In this document: positions 29,763 to 37,604 of the stretch, piece after piece
Numbering within the stretch: position 1 is the first letter of the stretch
Layout of the letters: each line of letters begins with the position of its first letter
Source: Desulfobacterales bacterium
Lineage (GTDB): Bacteria; Desulfobacterota; Desulfobacteria; Desulfobacterales; UBA2174
Reading direction: 5' to 3'
Assembly (NCBI GenBank): GCA_963668645.2
Contig: CAXXWC010000010.1
Coordinates: 426,262 to 490,261 of the forward strand
Length of the DNA stretch: 64,000 nt
Notes under the pieces: model-generated
The model's database searches: none
What the model was told of the DNA's origin: nothing
The model's input: the letters and a program-made list of their open reading frames with translations, nothing else
Program-made: the position numbers and the translations under genes

Positions 29763-29934
29763 GGCAAACCGGGGTTCGACCGCCTCCGATAGAGGCAGTA
29801 TACCGCGATTCCGTTTGACTCGCGGTGTTCATCGCCACTTGAAAGCCGTATCCGTTCTGCATTATAAGTTTTAAAAGACCGTACATCATGTTTAGATACG
29901 GTTAAGAAATACGGCAGACGGGGAAACTGGCGAC

Positions 29935-30864
29935 ATGCGGCTGGAACAGCTTGTTTTTCTTCTGGAAATTGCAAAAACAAAGTCCATCAGCCTAGCCGCG
30001 AACAATTGCCATATCAGCCATTCCGCCGTAAGCAAAAGCATCAAGGCGCTGGAAGAAGAACTGGGTGTCCGGCTGCTGGAACGGCAGACAAAGGGTGTCC
30101 GGCTGACACAGACAGCCAGATTCCTTCTGCCCCATGCCCGGCAAATCGTCCAGAACGTCGACGCCATCCCTTCATTGCTGCGCCAGTATCAGGACCATGG
30201 CTCCGAAGAATATTCCGGCCGGTTCATCATTGCTGCCACTCCGCCCATCATCGATACCATCCTACAGTCCATCCTGAAAAAATTTCAGGATCGTTACCCG
30301 GATCTACATATCGATCTTCATGTCATTTCCCAAAACGATCATGAAGATCTGTACACCAAGCCGCTGGGCGATCTCACCTTCCTGAGCAATGTATGCGATA
30401 CCGTAAGTATGCATACCACGGACTGCGCCCGCCAAATCAGTCCGCAGCTCCGCCAGGAAACGCTGTTCCGGTTGAATTTTTCCCTCGTGATGAAAAAGGA
30501 TTCGGCTTACGCAAGAAAGCGTGTCCTTTCTGTTCGCAACACGCGGAATGCGAAGTACATCTTCAACTATTTTTCCAGACTGGACAGTCTGATTTTTTCC
30601 CGGGAGGATTTTGCCAGAACCCGCTCCAAAATTCTTCTCAAAAGCGACAACATCGACACGATCAAGAAATTCATTCGCAATTTCGATGCGTTCTATCTGG
30701 CTGACAGCGCTCTTGTCAGACTTTTTTTCGCTGCCGAGGAAGATTTCAGGATCATTCCCGTCAAAGACCTCATCTGCCAGTTCAGCGCTCTTTATTCCGC
30801 CACCAACCCGTATCTTCCACTGATCCAGGAAATCATCAAAGAATGCCGTGAAATCAGGCTATAG
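29935..30864 (+). CDS. LysR family transcriptional regulator
   Basis: N-terminal HTH SISLAANNCHISHSAVSKSIKALEEELG..LLER..GVRLT, 309 aa. Confidence 0.9.
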   Translation: MRLEQLVFLLEIAKTKSISLAANNCHISHSAVSKSIKALEEELGVRLLERQTKGVRLTQTARFLLPHARQIVQNVDAIPSLLRQYQDHGSEEYSGRFIIAATPPIIDTILQSILKKFQDRYPDLHIDLHVISQNDHEDLYTKPLGDLTFLSNVCDTVSMHTTDCARQISPQLRQETLFRLNFSLVMKKDSAYARKRVLSVRNTRNAKYIFNYFSRLDSLIFSREDFARTRSKILLKSDNIDTIKKFIRNFDAFYLADSALVRLFFAAEEDFRIIPVKDLICQFSALYSATNPYLPLIQEIIKECREIRL

Positions 30865-30960
30865 ACGGTATCCAGCCTGCCTCCTGAGTGCGCGCGTCCC
30901 TATCTGTCGACCACCGTTGCCTACGGCCTTTTGCCAGCGCACTCCCCGAAACGGTCAGCG

Positions 30961-30997
30961 ATCATCTCCGAGTTGGTCCACCATCGAGACCCTTGGG
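30961..30997 (+). repeat. DAC-gene fragment plus 17-bp direct repeat, copy 2
   Basis: ATCATCTCCGAGTTGGTCCAC matches 20904-20924 at 19/21 positions and runs directly into CCATCGAGACCCTTGGG (same as 21417-21433). Confidence 0.7.
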
Positions 30998-31073
30998 GAA
31001 ATGGACCGCAAAACCGAAGCCTTGCGCATATACAGCGCAGGCTGGCCATCTCTGATTATCCAAATCATCACTT

Positions 31074-31102
31074 TTGACGTTAATCACGCGCCGCGTTATA
31101 CT
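31074..31102 (+). promoter_or_regulatory. Sigma70 promoter of higBA with internal palindrome
   Basis: TTGACG-17 bp-TATACT. The spacer contains ACGCG-C-CGCGT. The ATG lies 8 nt after the -10 box. Confidence 0.7.
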
Positions 31103-31110
31103 TTTCATCC

Positions 31111-31389
31111 ATGATACGATCCTTCAAGTGTTCCGATACCGAAGCACTCTCCAGGGGATTCCGTGTCGGGCGCTTCGCCAGCATAGAGTCGGTAGATCGC
31201 AGGAAACTGAGGCAATTGGAGATCGCCCAAAGTCTTGATGATCTGAAAATTCCGCATAGAAACAGGCTCAAGGCACTCAAAGGGGATCGAGCAGACCAAT
31301 ATAGTATTCGCATAAACCAACGATGGCGGGTATGCTTTCTTTGGACGCAAGCAGGCGCTGAAGATGTTGAAACCGTGGATTATCACTGA
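31111..31389 (+). CDS. higB: HigB (RelE-like) toxin
   Basis: MIRSFKC, RKLRQL, DLKIPHRNRLKALKGDRADQYSIRINQRWRVCF, VETVDYH. Confidence 0.92.
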   Translation: MIRSFKCSDTEALSRGFRVGRFASIESVDRRKLRQLEIAQSLDDLKIPHRNRLKALKGDRADQYSIRINQRWRVCFLWTQAGAEDVETVDYH

Positions 31390-31401
31390 GGCAAAGAAAT
31401 A

Positions 31402-31740
31402 ATGGAAAAACTTGATCCGGTAACACCTGGTGAACTTCTGCTGGAAGAGTTCCTCAAGCCCATGGGAATCAGTCAATATCGCCTGGCTAAGGAGATCGGT
31501 GTGCCCGCACAACGCATTAGTGAGATAGTGGCAGGCAAACGGTCGATCACGGCGGATACGGATTTGCGGCTATGCAAGTTTTTCGGACTCTCAAACGGTT
31601 ACTGGCTGCGTGCACAGGCAGCTCACGACATGGAAGTCGCGCAGAGCAAGATGGGTTCCATCTTATCCAATATCCGGCCCTGGACTTCTGTGGTGGCCCG
31701 TCATACCCCTTCATCCGACCACGATTCTTGCAGCGGTTAA
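31402..31740 (+). CDS. higA: HigA HTH antitoxin
   Basis: PVTPGELLLEEFLKPMGISQYRLAKEIGVPAQRISEIVAGKRSITADTDLRL. Confidence 0.93.
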   Translation: MEKLDPVTPGELLLEEFLKPMGISQYRLAKEIGVPAQRISEIVAGKRSITADTDLRLCKFFGLSNGYWLRAQAAHDMEVAQSKMGSILSNIRPWTSVVARHTPSSDHDSCSG

Positions 31741-31772
31741 GCTATTCGTTACAGAAAACCCGCTAAAAGCAT

Positions 31773-31945
31773 TCAGATTCATCGCCGAGCATGGTGGGAT
31801 CGGTGGTGGTGGTCTCCTCGGACCGCCCGGTATCGGTGATCCAGGACGGCATCGAAATATCGGCCCAATGCCAGTGGAATCCGGTGACAACCAGTTCGTT
31901 TGCCCGCCGATGCTCAGGGACTGGATCAACGGGGTCTGAGGTCGT
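31773..31945 (+). pseudogene. Right copy of the direct repeat: frameshifted fragment of the DAC gene 3' end
   Basis: Encodes VVVVSSDRPVSVIQDGIEISAQCQWNPVTT and, after a frameshift, PPMLRDWING*. Differences from copy 1 in the core are mostly synonymous. Confidence 0.85.
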
Positions 31946-32084
31946 GATGCGCCTACAAGTGTCTGCAATTTTATATGATCTTGAAAACTGCTCGCCTTTG
32001 ATAGCTTGACGCAGGGTTGAAGCTCTGCTATGGGATTCACATACTAACTCGATACTCAGGAGAGCCCATGCGCGGTGCGCCATC

Positions 32085-32125
32085 AAACCCCATCACAGGA
32101 CAGTTCAATGGGGTTTCTATTTTTT
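32085..32125 (+). terminator. Putative intrinsic terminator
   Basis: AAACCCCAT...ATGGGGTTT stem followed by CTATTTTTT. The loop is long. Confidence 0.45.
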
Positions 32126-32390
32126 GAGGTGGACCATCAGCATCAGCAGCTTGGAGTGAAGAAGGCGTTAGATCAAGATTAACAGGAGCAAGATAGAATA
32201 TGCCAAAATTGATGATTTATGCACGTTAACACCAGAGGAGAATGCTGGCGTTTTTCTTGATGCCTGGCTTTTATGCCTCTATATCGCGGGCCAACGGTGC
32301 TATGAAGAGCATCATATAATCATTGATATGTATTTATAATTAAGAGCGATTTATTTATGTCATTTGGTTTACATTAATTTGGACGGCATA

Positions 32391-33182
32391 ATGAATGATA
32401 TCTCAAAATCGTTAAAACAAATACATGAACTGCTGAATGAGGCAGACCATGTTTTTGAAAAGAATCATTCTGGAAGAAAGGATGATTATGATGTCCCTGA
32501 AATGCAAATTGAGTATTATATTAACAGTGCATTCATTCATACCTTAGTACTGCTTGATAAACTTAATCTCTCAAAGACTTATGAACAAGCCAATGAGGTA
32601 TACAATAGAGCTAAGAAGAATGGTTTTATGGAAACCCGAATGGGTGTCAATGAACCCTATTTGATATGGTCAGCACAAATTTATAATTTCTTAGAAGCTA
32701 TAGGGAATAGCTTCAATGTGTATCCATTTTTAAATTTAATTTCTAAAGATGTCATTACAATTTTAAGAGCCACGATTTATTCTATCACTGATAAAAATAT
32801 TTTTAGTAAACCACCCCAAAACGAATCGGATGTTCATGCCCGAATTGAAGCAGTTCTAAAATGTATTTTCCCTGATTTAAAGCATAAACCTTCGATAAGC
32901 AAACCAATAAAAAATTTTGAGCCTGACACTGGCCTTCCTTCTGTTCGTACATTAATAGAATATAAATATATTTCAAGTCTTCAGGACGCAAAGAGAGTTT
33001 GCGATGAGGTCCTTGCTGATACAAGAGGCTATCTTTCAATCGAATGGGAAAAATTTATCTATGTCATTTATGAAACTTTGCGAGTAAAACCAGAAACTGA
33101 ATGGATTCAATTATTAAAAGAATCTGGTGTCCAAGATAGTACTCAAATCATAGTGTTATCTGGTGAACCAATATCAACTTGA
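32391..33182 (+). CDS. AT-rich protein with C-terminal PD-(D/E)xK restriction-endonuclease-like domain
   Basis: NESDVHARIEAVLKCIFPD...FEPDTGL..RTLIEYKY gives an E..PD..ExK pattern. Low GC. Confidence 0.6.
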   Translation: MNDISKSLKQIHELLNEADHVFEKNHSGRKDDYDVPEMQIEYYINSAFIHTLVLLDKLNLSKTYEQANEVYNRAKKNGFMETRMGVNEPYLIWSAQIYNFLEAIGNSFNVYPFLNLISKDVITILRATIYSITDKNIFSKPPQNESDVHARIEAVLKCIFPDLKHKPSISKPIKNFEPDTGLPSVRTLIEYKYISSLQDAKRVCDEVLADTRGYLSIEWEKFIYVIYETLRVKPETEWIQLLKESGVQDSTQIIVLSGEPIST

Positions 33183-33258
33183 CCACATATCATCTGTGTC
33201 CAGGGGACGGCGAGGATCATGCCATCCCTGAAATTAACTTTAAACATCGGGGAATATT

Positions 33259-33738
33259 ATGCAACCTGCTGAAGTGAGAAGAAAATGGGAACCGTACATA
33301 GGAAGATTCTTTCTTTCATTCACAGCGATTGAACATATTGTGACGATAACTATCGATGTCCTTTCAAAGAAGCAAATTTCTAAAACAGCTAGGACATTAC
33401 TGTTCGAGAAAAGAACAGATCTTCTATCAGAACTTCTTCGTAACAATGATAAGCTATCAGAAAAGACGAAAGAAAAATTTTTGGCTCAAATAGATTCTGC
33501 TTTAATGATGACCAGAAATGTAAGGAATATAATAGCCCATAATCATATCCTTATGGAGTTGTATAAAGATCAAAATGATGATTTTCTATATGAAATAGAG
33601 TATATCTATTCCTATAGAAACAGAAACAAGAAAATATCTTTTGATGAACTAGTAGAAAAATCAAATCAAACAGAACAGCTTGCATTTGATATTTCAAATA
33701 CTTACATGGAACTTGTTCGGGAATGGTGGCGTAAATAA
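33259..33738 (+). CDS. AT-rich hypothetical protein with HEPN-like RxxxxH motif
   Basis: Helical-looking 159-aa ORF with IGRFFLSFTAIE near the N-terminus and RNIIAH. Confidence 0.6.
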   Translation: MQPAEVRRKWEPYIGRFFLSFTAIEHIVTITIDVLSKKQISKTARTLLFEKRTDLLSELLRNNDKLSEKTKEKFLAQIDSALMMTRNVRNIIAHNHILMELYKDQNDDFLYEIEYIYSYRNRNKKISFDELVEKSNQTEQLAFDISNTYMELVREWWRK

Positions 33739-33961
33739 TGTTCAATCTCGCCTTTGCAGGGGACAGCATAAAACATGCCGCTCCCGCCCATCCCGTAATC
33801 GTATGAAGATCTGAATATGGAAAGCATATAATTTATTTTGTCTGCGTTAATTCTCTTGACCATTCTCATATTTGTTTTAATAGCTTCGAAAGCTACTCCC
33901 AGCGTATTATCAAGAAAAGAATGAATATTGTTTTGTCGTATTTAAGTTTTAACTATTAAGA

Positions 33962-34020
33962 CCTCAACATCAGCTTTCAGTCCGGCTCATTTCGTTCGCG
34001 GATGAAGCTGATCGTTGGAG
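33962..34020 (+). other. attC-like recombination site (59 bp)
   Basis: CCTCAAC-ATCAGCTTTCAGTCCG...CGGATGAAGCTGATC-GTTGGAG. AAC/GTT cores and paired arms with two unpaired bases on the left arm. Confidence 0.7.
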
Positions 34021-34034
34021 ATAACTGATCTGAA

Positions 34035-34718
34035 TTGAAGACGATATTTATCGAAAACGATGTGTCCAGCTTCGCAGATTTCCACGATACAACGTGGTTC
34101 GCGGACCTCTTCAATGGAGTGAGAGGGCCTCAGATAGGTGGGCATGTTGAGGAATTCGCAGCGCAGTGGTGGGGGGCTTCGAAATCCTTTGTTTTGCCTT
34201 GGCTTTACGTCAATGGAGTATATGACTTGGCGAATAGTAATGGGCCGAGAGTTATGATATCCAGGCAAGAGCTATGGGAACAACTGCTTGAAGTAAATGC
34301 ATTCAAAGCGTCACTCTGGAAAATCGCTGAAGGGTCTTTTTGCGCCATCTATTACGCCTACGAGAATCTCCTTGTCCGTCTCTTGAGCGAAATAGTTCAG
34401 ACGCCAATTCGAGTGAGTGATCGAGATTTCACAAAACGTCTTATATCTGTGTACGGCCAGTCGCTTGCAACGCGTTTTTGGAATTCGAATTCAATATCCG
34501 TCGCACGCGAGGTTCGCAACTGCATAACCCATAACGGCGGCAAGGCCACCGACCGCCCCCTAAGGATGAGACCACGTCCGGTCGTTGAGGACGCGGAGGG
34601 CGACGTGCTCATATCTGCGAGCAACGTTAGATCCCTGTACGATTCCCTCAAGCCGGTGGTGAGGGAAGCCATCAGGGAGTCCCAGCGCCGGTTGAGTGCT
34701 CAGATGGAGATAGGTTAA
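34035..34718 (+). CDS. Hypothetical protein with HEPN-like RxxxxH motif
   Basis: 227-aa ORF starting 14 nt after the attC-like site. YYAYENLL and REVRNCITHNGG. Confidence 0.6.
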   Translation: MKTIFIENDVSSFADFHDTTWFADLFNGVRGPQIGGHVEEFAAQWWGASKSFVLPWLYVNGVYDLANSNGPRVMISRQELWEQLLEVNAFKASLWKIAEGSFCAIYYAYENLLVRLLSEIVQTPIRVSDRDFTKRLISVYGQSLATRFWNSNSISVAREVRNCITHNGGKATDRPLRMRPRPVVEDAEGDVLISASNVRSLYDSLKPVVREAIRESQRRLSAQMEIG

Positions 34719-34738
34719 CGGCCGCCACGTTGATGAAT

Positions 34739-34808
34739 CGACAATTTCGACCTTCAGCGGATTACCAGCCGCCTCGTATCTGGCAACACGCTGAGGTCCA
34801 CGTTGGGA
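34739..34808 (+). other. attC-like site with degenerate left core
   Basis: GACCTTCAGCGGATTACCAG pairs with CTGGCAACACGCTGAGGTC, followed by CAC-GTTGGGA. The left core reads AAT rather than AAC. Confidence 0.55.
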
Positions 34809-35106
34809 TGAACTAAATGGGTAAAATCTATGGAACCACAAAACGGTTGGATTCTGTAAAATCAGTATGTTATCCGATTATTTTTGCCATACTTGATCAT
34901 ATTTTGCGATTCTCAAGGAGCCTGTGCTTTCGTTTTCCGGGGTGTCGGCTTTGCGTCTAACTCATAGAAAACACATGTAATGATTGTCATTTACGATAGA
35001 TGGCTATCCTCTTTTTCGTTCTTGTCAAATCGTCCATTTCTTGATAATGTATTGCATATATGCCCGGTTGCGGCGATAACCTGCAATACTTTATCGGGAG
35101 GGCGAT

Positions 35107-35274
35107 ATGGATGGTTCGACCGAGGTTTCCCAGCGTCTCGCGGTCCTGTTCAAGCAGCATCCATGCTGGATGATCGGGCCGCTGAGCCAACAGATGGACT
35201 ACTCGATTCCATCAACCCGGCGATTTCTGGCCCAGAACGGCTACTACAGCAGTTTTACGCACAACGGACGATGG
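35107..35274 (+). pseudogene. 5' fragment of a gene truncated by IS3
   Basis: GGAGGG RBS. MDGSTEV...GYYSSFTHNGRW ends exactly at the IS3 left inverted repeat. Confidence 0.5.
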
Positions 35275-35343
35275 TGGCGGTGGTCCCCAAAAACTGGACA
35301 ATGGTGTAAGCTCTAAGTCAGACCGAAAAAGGAGGATCTGACC

Positions 35344-35625
35344 ATGAGTACCAAACGTCGACAGTACAAACCCGAATTCAAGGCCAAGGTCGCCTTGGCT
35401 GCCTTACGCAATGAGCAAACACTGGCTGAGCTGGCCAAACGCTTCGATATCCACCCGACCATGATCAGCACCTGGAAAAGGGAGCTGCTCGACGGGGCCG
35501 CCGACATCTTCGAGAAAGGGCGCAGAGGCAAGCAGGTCACTGATGTCCAGGTCGGCGAACTGTACCGCCAGATCGGCCAGCTTAAGGTGGAAAACGATTT
35601 TTTATCACGCAAGCTCGGCTCCTGA
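35344..35625 (+). CDS. IS3 OrfA (HTH)
   Basis: RRQYKPEFKAKVALAAL..LAELAKRFDIHPTMISTWK. T-TTT-TTA slippery site at 35598-35604 whose -1 frame continues into orfB. Confidence 0.92.
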   Translation: MSTKRRQYKPEFKAKVALAALRNEQTLAELAKRFDIHPTMISTWKRELLDGAADIFEKGRRGKQVTDVQVGELYRQIGQLKVENDFLSRKLGS

Positions 35626-35645
35626 AGCGCGACCTGCGCCGTGAT

Positions 35646-36482
35646 ATGATCGATCCATCTCACGAGAAGCTGAGCATCGTACGCCAATGTGACATGCTGA
35701 ACATTTGCCGTTCCTCATTTTACTACAAATGCAAGCCGATCAAGCCCGAGGACTTGGCGCTGATGCGCCTGATTGACGAACAGTTCCTCAAGACACCGAC
35801 CTGGGGCAGCCGCAAGATGGCCGATTGGCTCTGGCGGCATCATGGCATGAAAAAGAATCGCAAGCGGATCCAGCGCCTGATGCGACTGATGGGCCTTAAG
35901 GCGATCTACCCGCGGCCACGAACCACACAGCCTCATCCCGGGCATAAAGTCTATCCGTACCTGCTGCGAGGTGTGGCCATCGAGCGGCCCAACCAAGTGT
36001 GGTCGGCCGATATCACCTACATCCCGATGCGCCGGGGCTATATGTATCTTGTGGCCATCATTGACTGGTACAGCCGAAAGACGCTGTCCTGGCGCGTGTC
36101 GAATACGATGGAGGCCGACTTTTGCGTCGAGGCCCTGGAAGAGGCCCTGGCGCGCTATGACAAACCGCAGATTTTCAACACCGACCAAGGCTCCCAGTTT
36201 ACCAGCACGATCTTTACTGAACGGCTCAGGGACCACCAGGTGGCCATCTCCATGGACGGCCGGGGCCGCTGCCAGGATAACATCTTTATTGAACGACTGT
36301 GGTGGACACTGAAATACGACTACATCTACCTACACGCTTTTGACAACGGAAACGAACTTCGCCGGGGGCTCGATAAGTGGTTCTCGTTTTACAACCAGGA
36401 GCGCCCTCATCAAAAACTTGACGGCAGAACACCGGATGATGTTTATTACGGTTTGCCTGCCACCATGGCTGGGGCTGCCTGA
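35646..36482 (+). CDS. IS3 OrfB DDE transposase
   Basis: PNQVWSADITYI, NTDQGSQFTS, DNIFIERLWWTLKY, YNQERPHQ. Confidence 0.95.
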   Translation: MIDPSHEKLSIVRQCDMLNICRSSFYYKCKPIKPEDLALMRLIDEQFLKTPTWGSRKMADWLWRHHGMKKNRKRIQRLMRLMGLKAIYPRPRTTQPHPGHKVYPYLLRGVAIERPNQVWSADITYIPMRRGYMYLVAIIDWYSRKTLSWRVSNTMEADFCVEALEEALARYDKPQIFNTDQGSQFTSTIFTERLRDHQVAISMDGRGRCQDNIFIERLWWTLKYDYIYLHAFDNGNELRRGLDKWFSFYNQERPHQKLDGRTPDDVYYGLPATMAGAA

Positions 36483-36554
36483 TGTCCGGATACCAGAACC
36501 GGCTTGGAGCTTATTCTACCAACCAGGCTGTCCAAATAATTGGGTCCACCGCCA

Positions 36555-36819
36555 ATTGAATAAAGCTGATGTACATATTGCCAATGCAATTGCTGAAATT
36601 AAAGGATGTGGAGTTGCACAAGATCCCTTTCAGCAAGTCGCTGATTTATACTCTTTACATCGGCGTGAAGTTGTTCAAAATATTAGGGCCTTCACAAATA
36701 AGTGTTTTAAAACTTTTTTACCAGGAGATCCTAAAATAATAAAAGATATTGAGTTCGATCAAAGTGAAAAGCAGTTGCTATTTCTTCTTGAATCGGACTT
36801 ACGTGACACCTCTGAATAG
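36555..36819 (+). pseudogene. 3' fragment of an AT-rich gene truncated by IS3
   Basis: Open frame LNKADVHIANAI...DLRDTSE* begins at the IS3 right end with no start of its own. Confidence 0.45.
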
Positions 36820-36982
36820 AGGGACGGGTTTGGCCAGATACATCTTTTTATGGGCACAAAATTCTCCGGCGGCCATAGAGAAAGAACCTTGGTACGTTAC
36901 TTAACTATTCGTTGATGCTTTATTATCCAAAGCGGCATTTTTAGGATTACGTTTGATTTCATATTAATAGACACAAGCATCT

Positions 36983-37420
36983 ATGGCGAGCTATAAATTT
37001 GATAATATGAAAAGTAGAATCATATCACTTCTATTAGATCAAAAAACAATCATATGCGTTTTTCTATGCATGAACATGATTGGAATCATAAACACCTATC
37101 TTTTCAAAGAGTTGGCTGATAGTCACTCCTTGCCATACAATCAACTTTTGGGCATAAAGATTTTGTCTCTTATTACTTATGCTCTGATCGCCTATTTCAC
37201 TAACAAAGGTGTGAAAATTGCACTTTGGTTAATGGCTACAATCGTCTTGCTGACCGGTATACATGCGTGTCTTTTAGGAATATTCGGAATTGGATGGCAC
37301 CAGTATTTTCTAAAACCATATTTTACTATTTTGGGGTTATACTTTATCTACGGCGGAATCGTATTGTTTCGGCTGAAAAAAATTGAACATCTAACATCGG
37401 CGTCGAGAGGGACTGGGTAA
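36983..37420 (+). CDS. AT-rich membrane protein with about 4 TM segments, cassette-like
   Basis: Four hydrophobic stretches. The ORF reads into the downstream attC-like site. Confidence 0.7.
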   Translation: MASYKFDNMKSRIISLLLDQKTIICVFLCMNMIGIINTYLFKELADSHSLPYNQLLGIKILSLITYALIAYFTNKGVKIALWLMATIVLLTGIHACLLGIFGIGWHQYFLKPYFTILGLYFIYGGIVLFRLKKIEHLTSASRGTG

Positions 37421-37470
37421 AGCATGCGCGATACGCGATTGGCTTCCCCACCCCCTCACGCCGGTTATGA
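37389..37470 (+). other. attC-like recombination site (82 bp)
   Basis: ATCTAAC-ATCGGCGTCGAGAGGGACTGGG...CCCACCCCCTCACGCCG-GTTATGA, with an extra C in the left arm. Confidence 0.65.
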
Positions 37471-37604
37471 CACTTGATTATCTTAATCGCTCTTTTTTCA
37501 TCCATGTAAAATTGAAACTTTGCAAATATATACGTCAATATGGAGGCGTGTTATTGCTGGGAGCCATTTAAACAGAAAATTGGCAGGAAAAAAATGATAA
37601 AATT

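Larger units (their letters stand above)
35275..36554 (+). mobile_element. IS3 family insertion sequence (1280 bp)
   Basis: IRL TGGCGGTGGTCCCCAAAAACTGGACA and IRR (reverse complement) TGGCGGTGGACCCAATTATTTGGACA. TG...CA ends, orfA plus orfB. No target-site duplication. Confidence 0.95.

Noticed and set aside
21184..31945. Repeat pair as the template/variable repeats of a diversity-generating retroelement
   Set aside because: Differences are not adenine-specific, are mostly synonymous and include indels. No reverse transcriptase is in the window.
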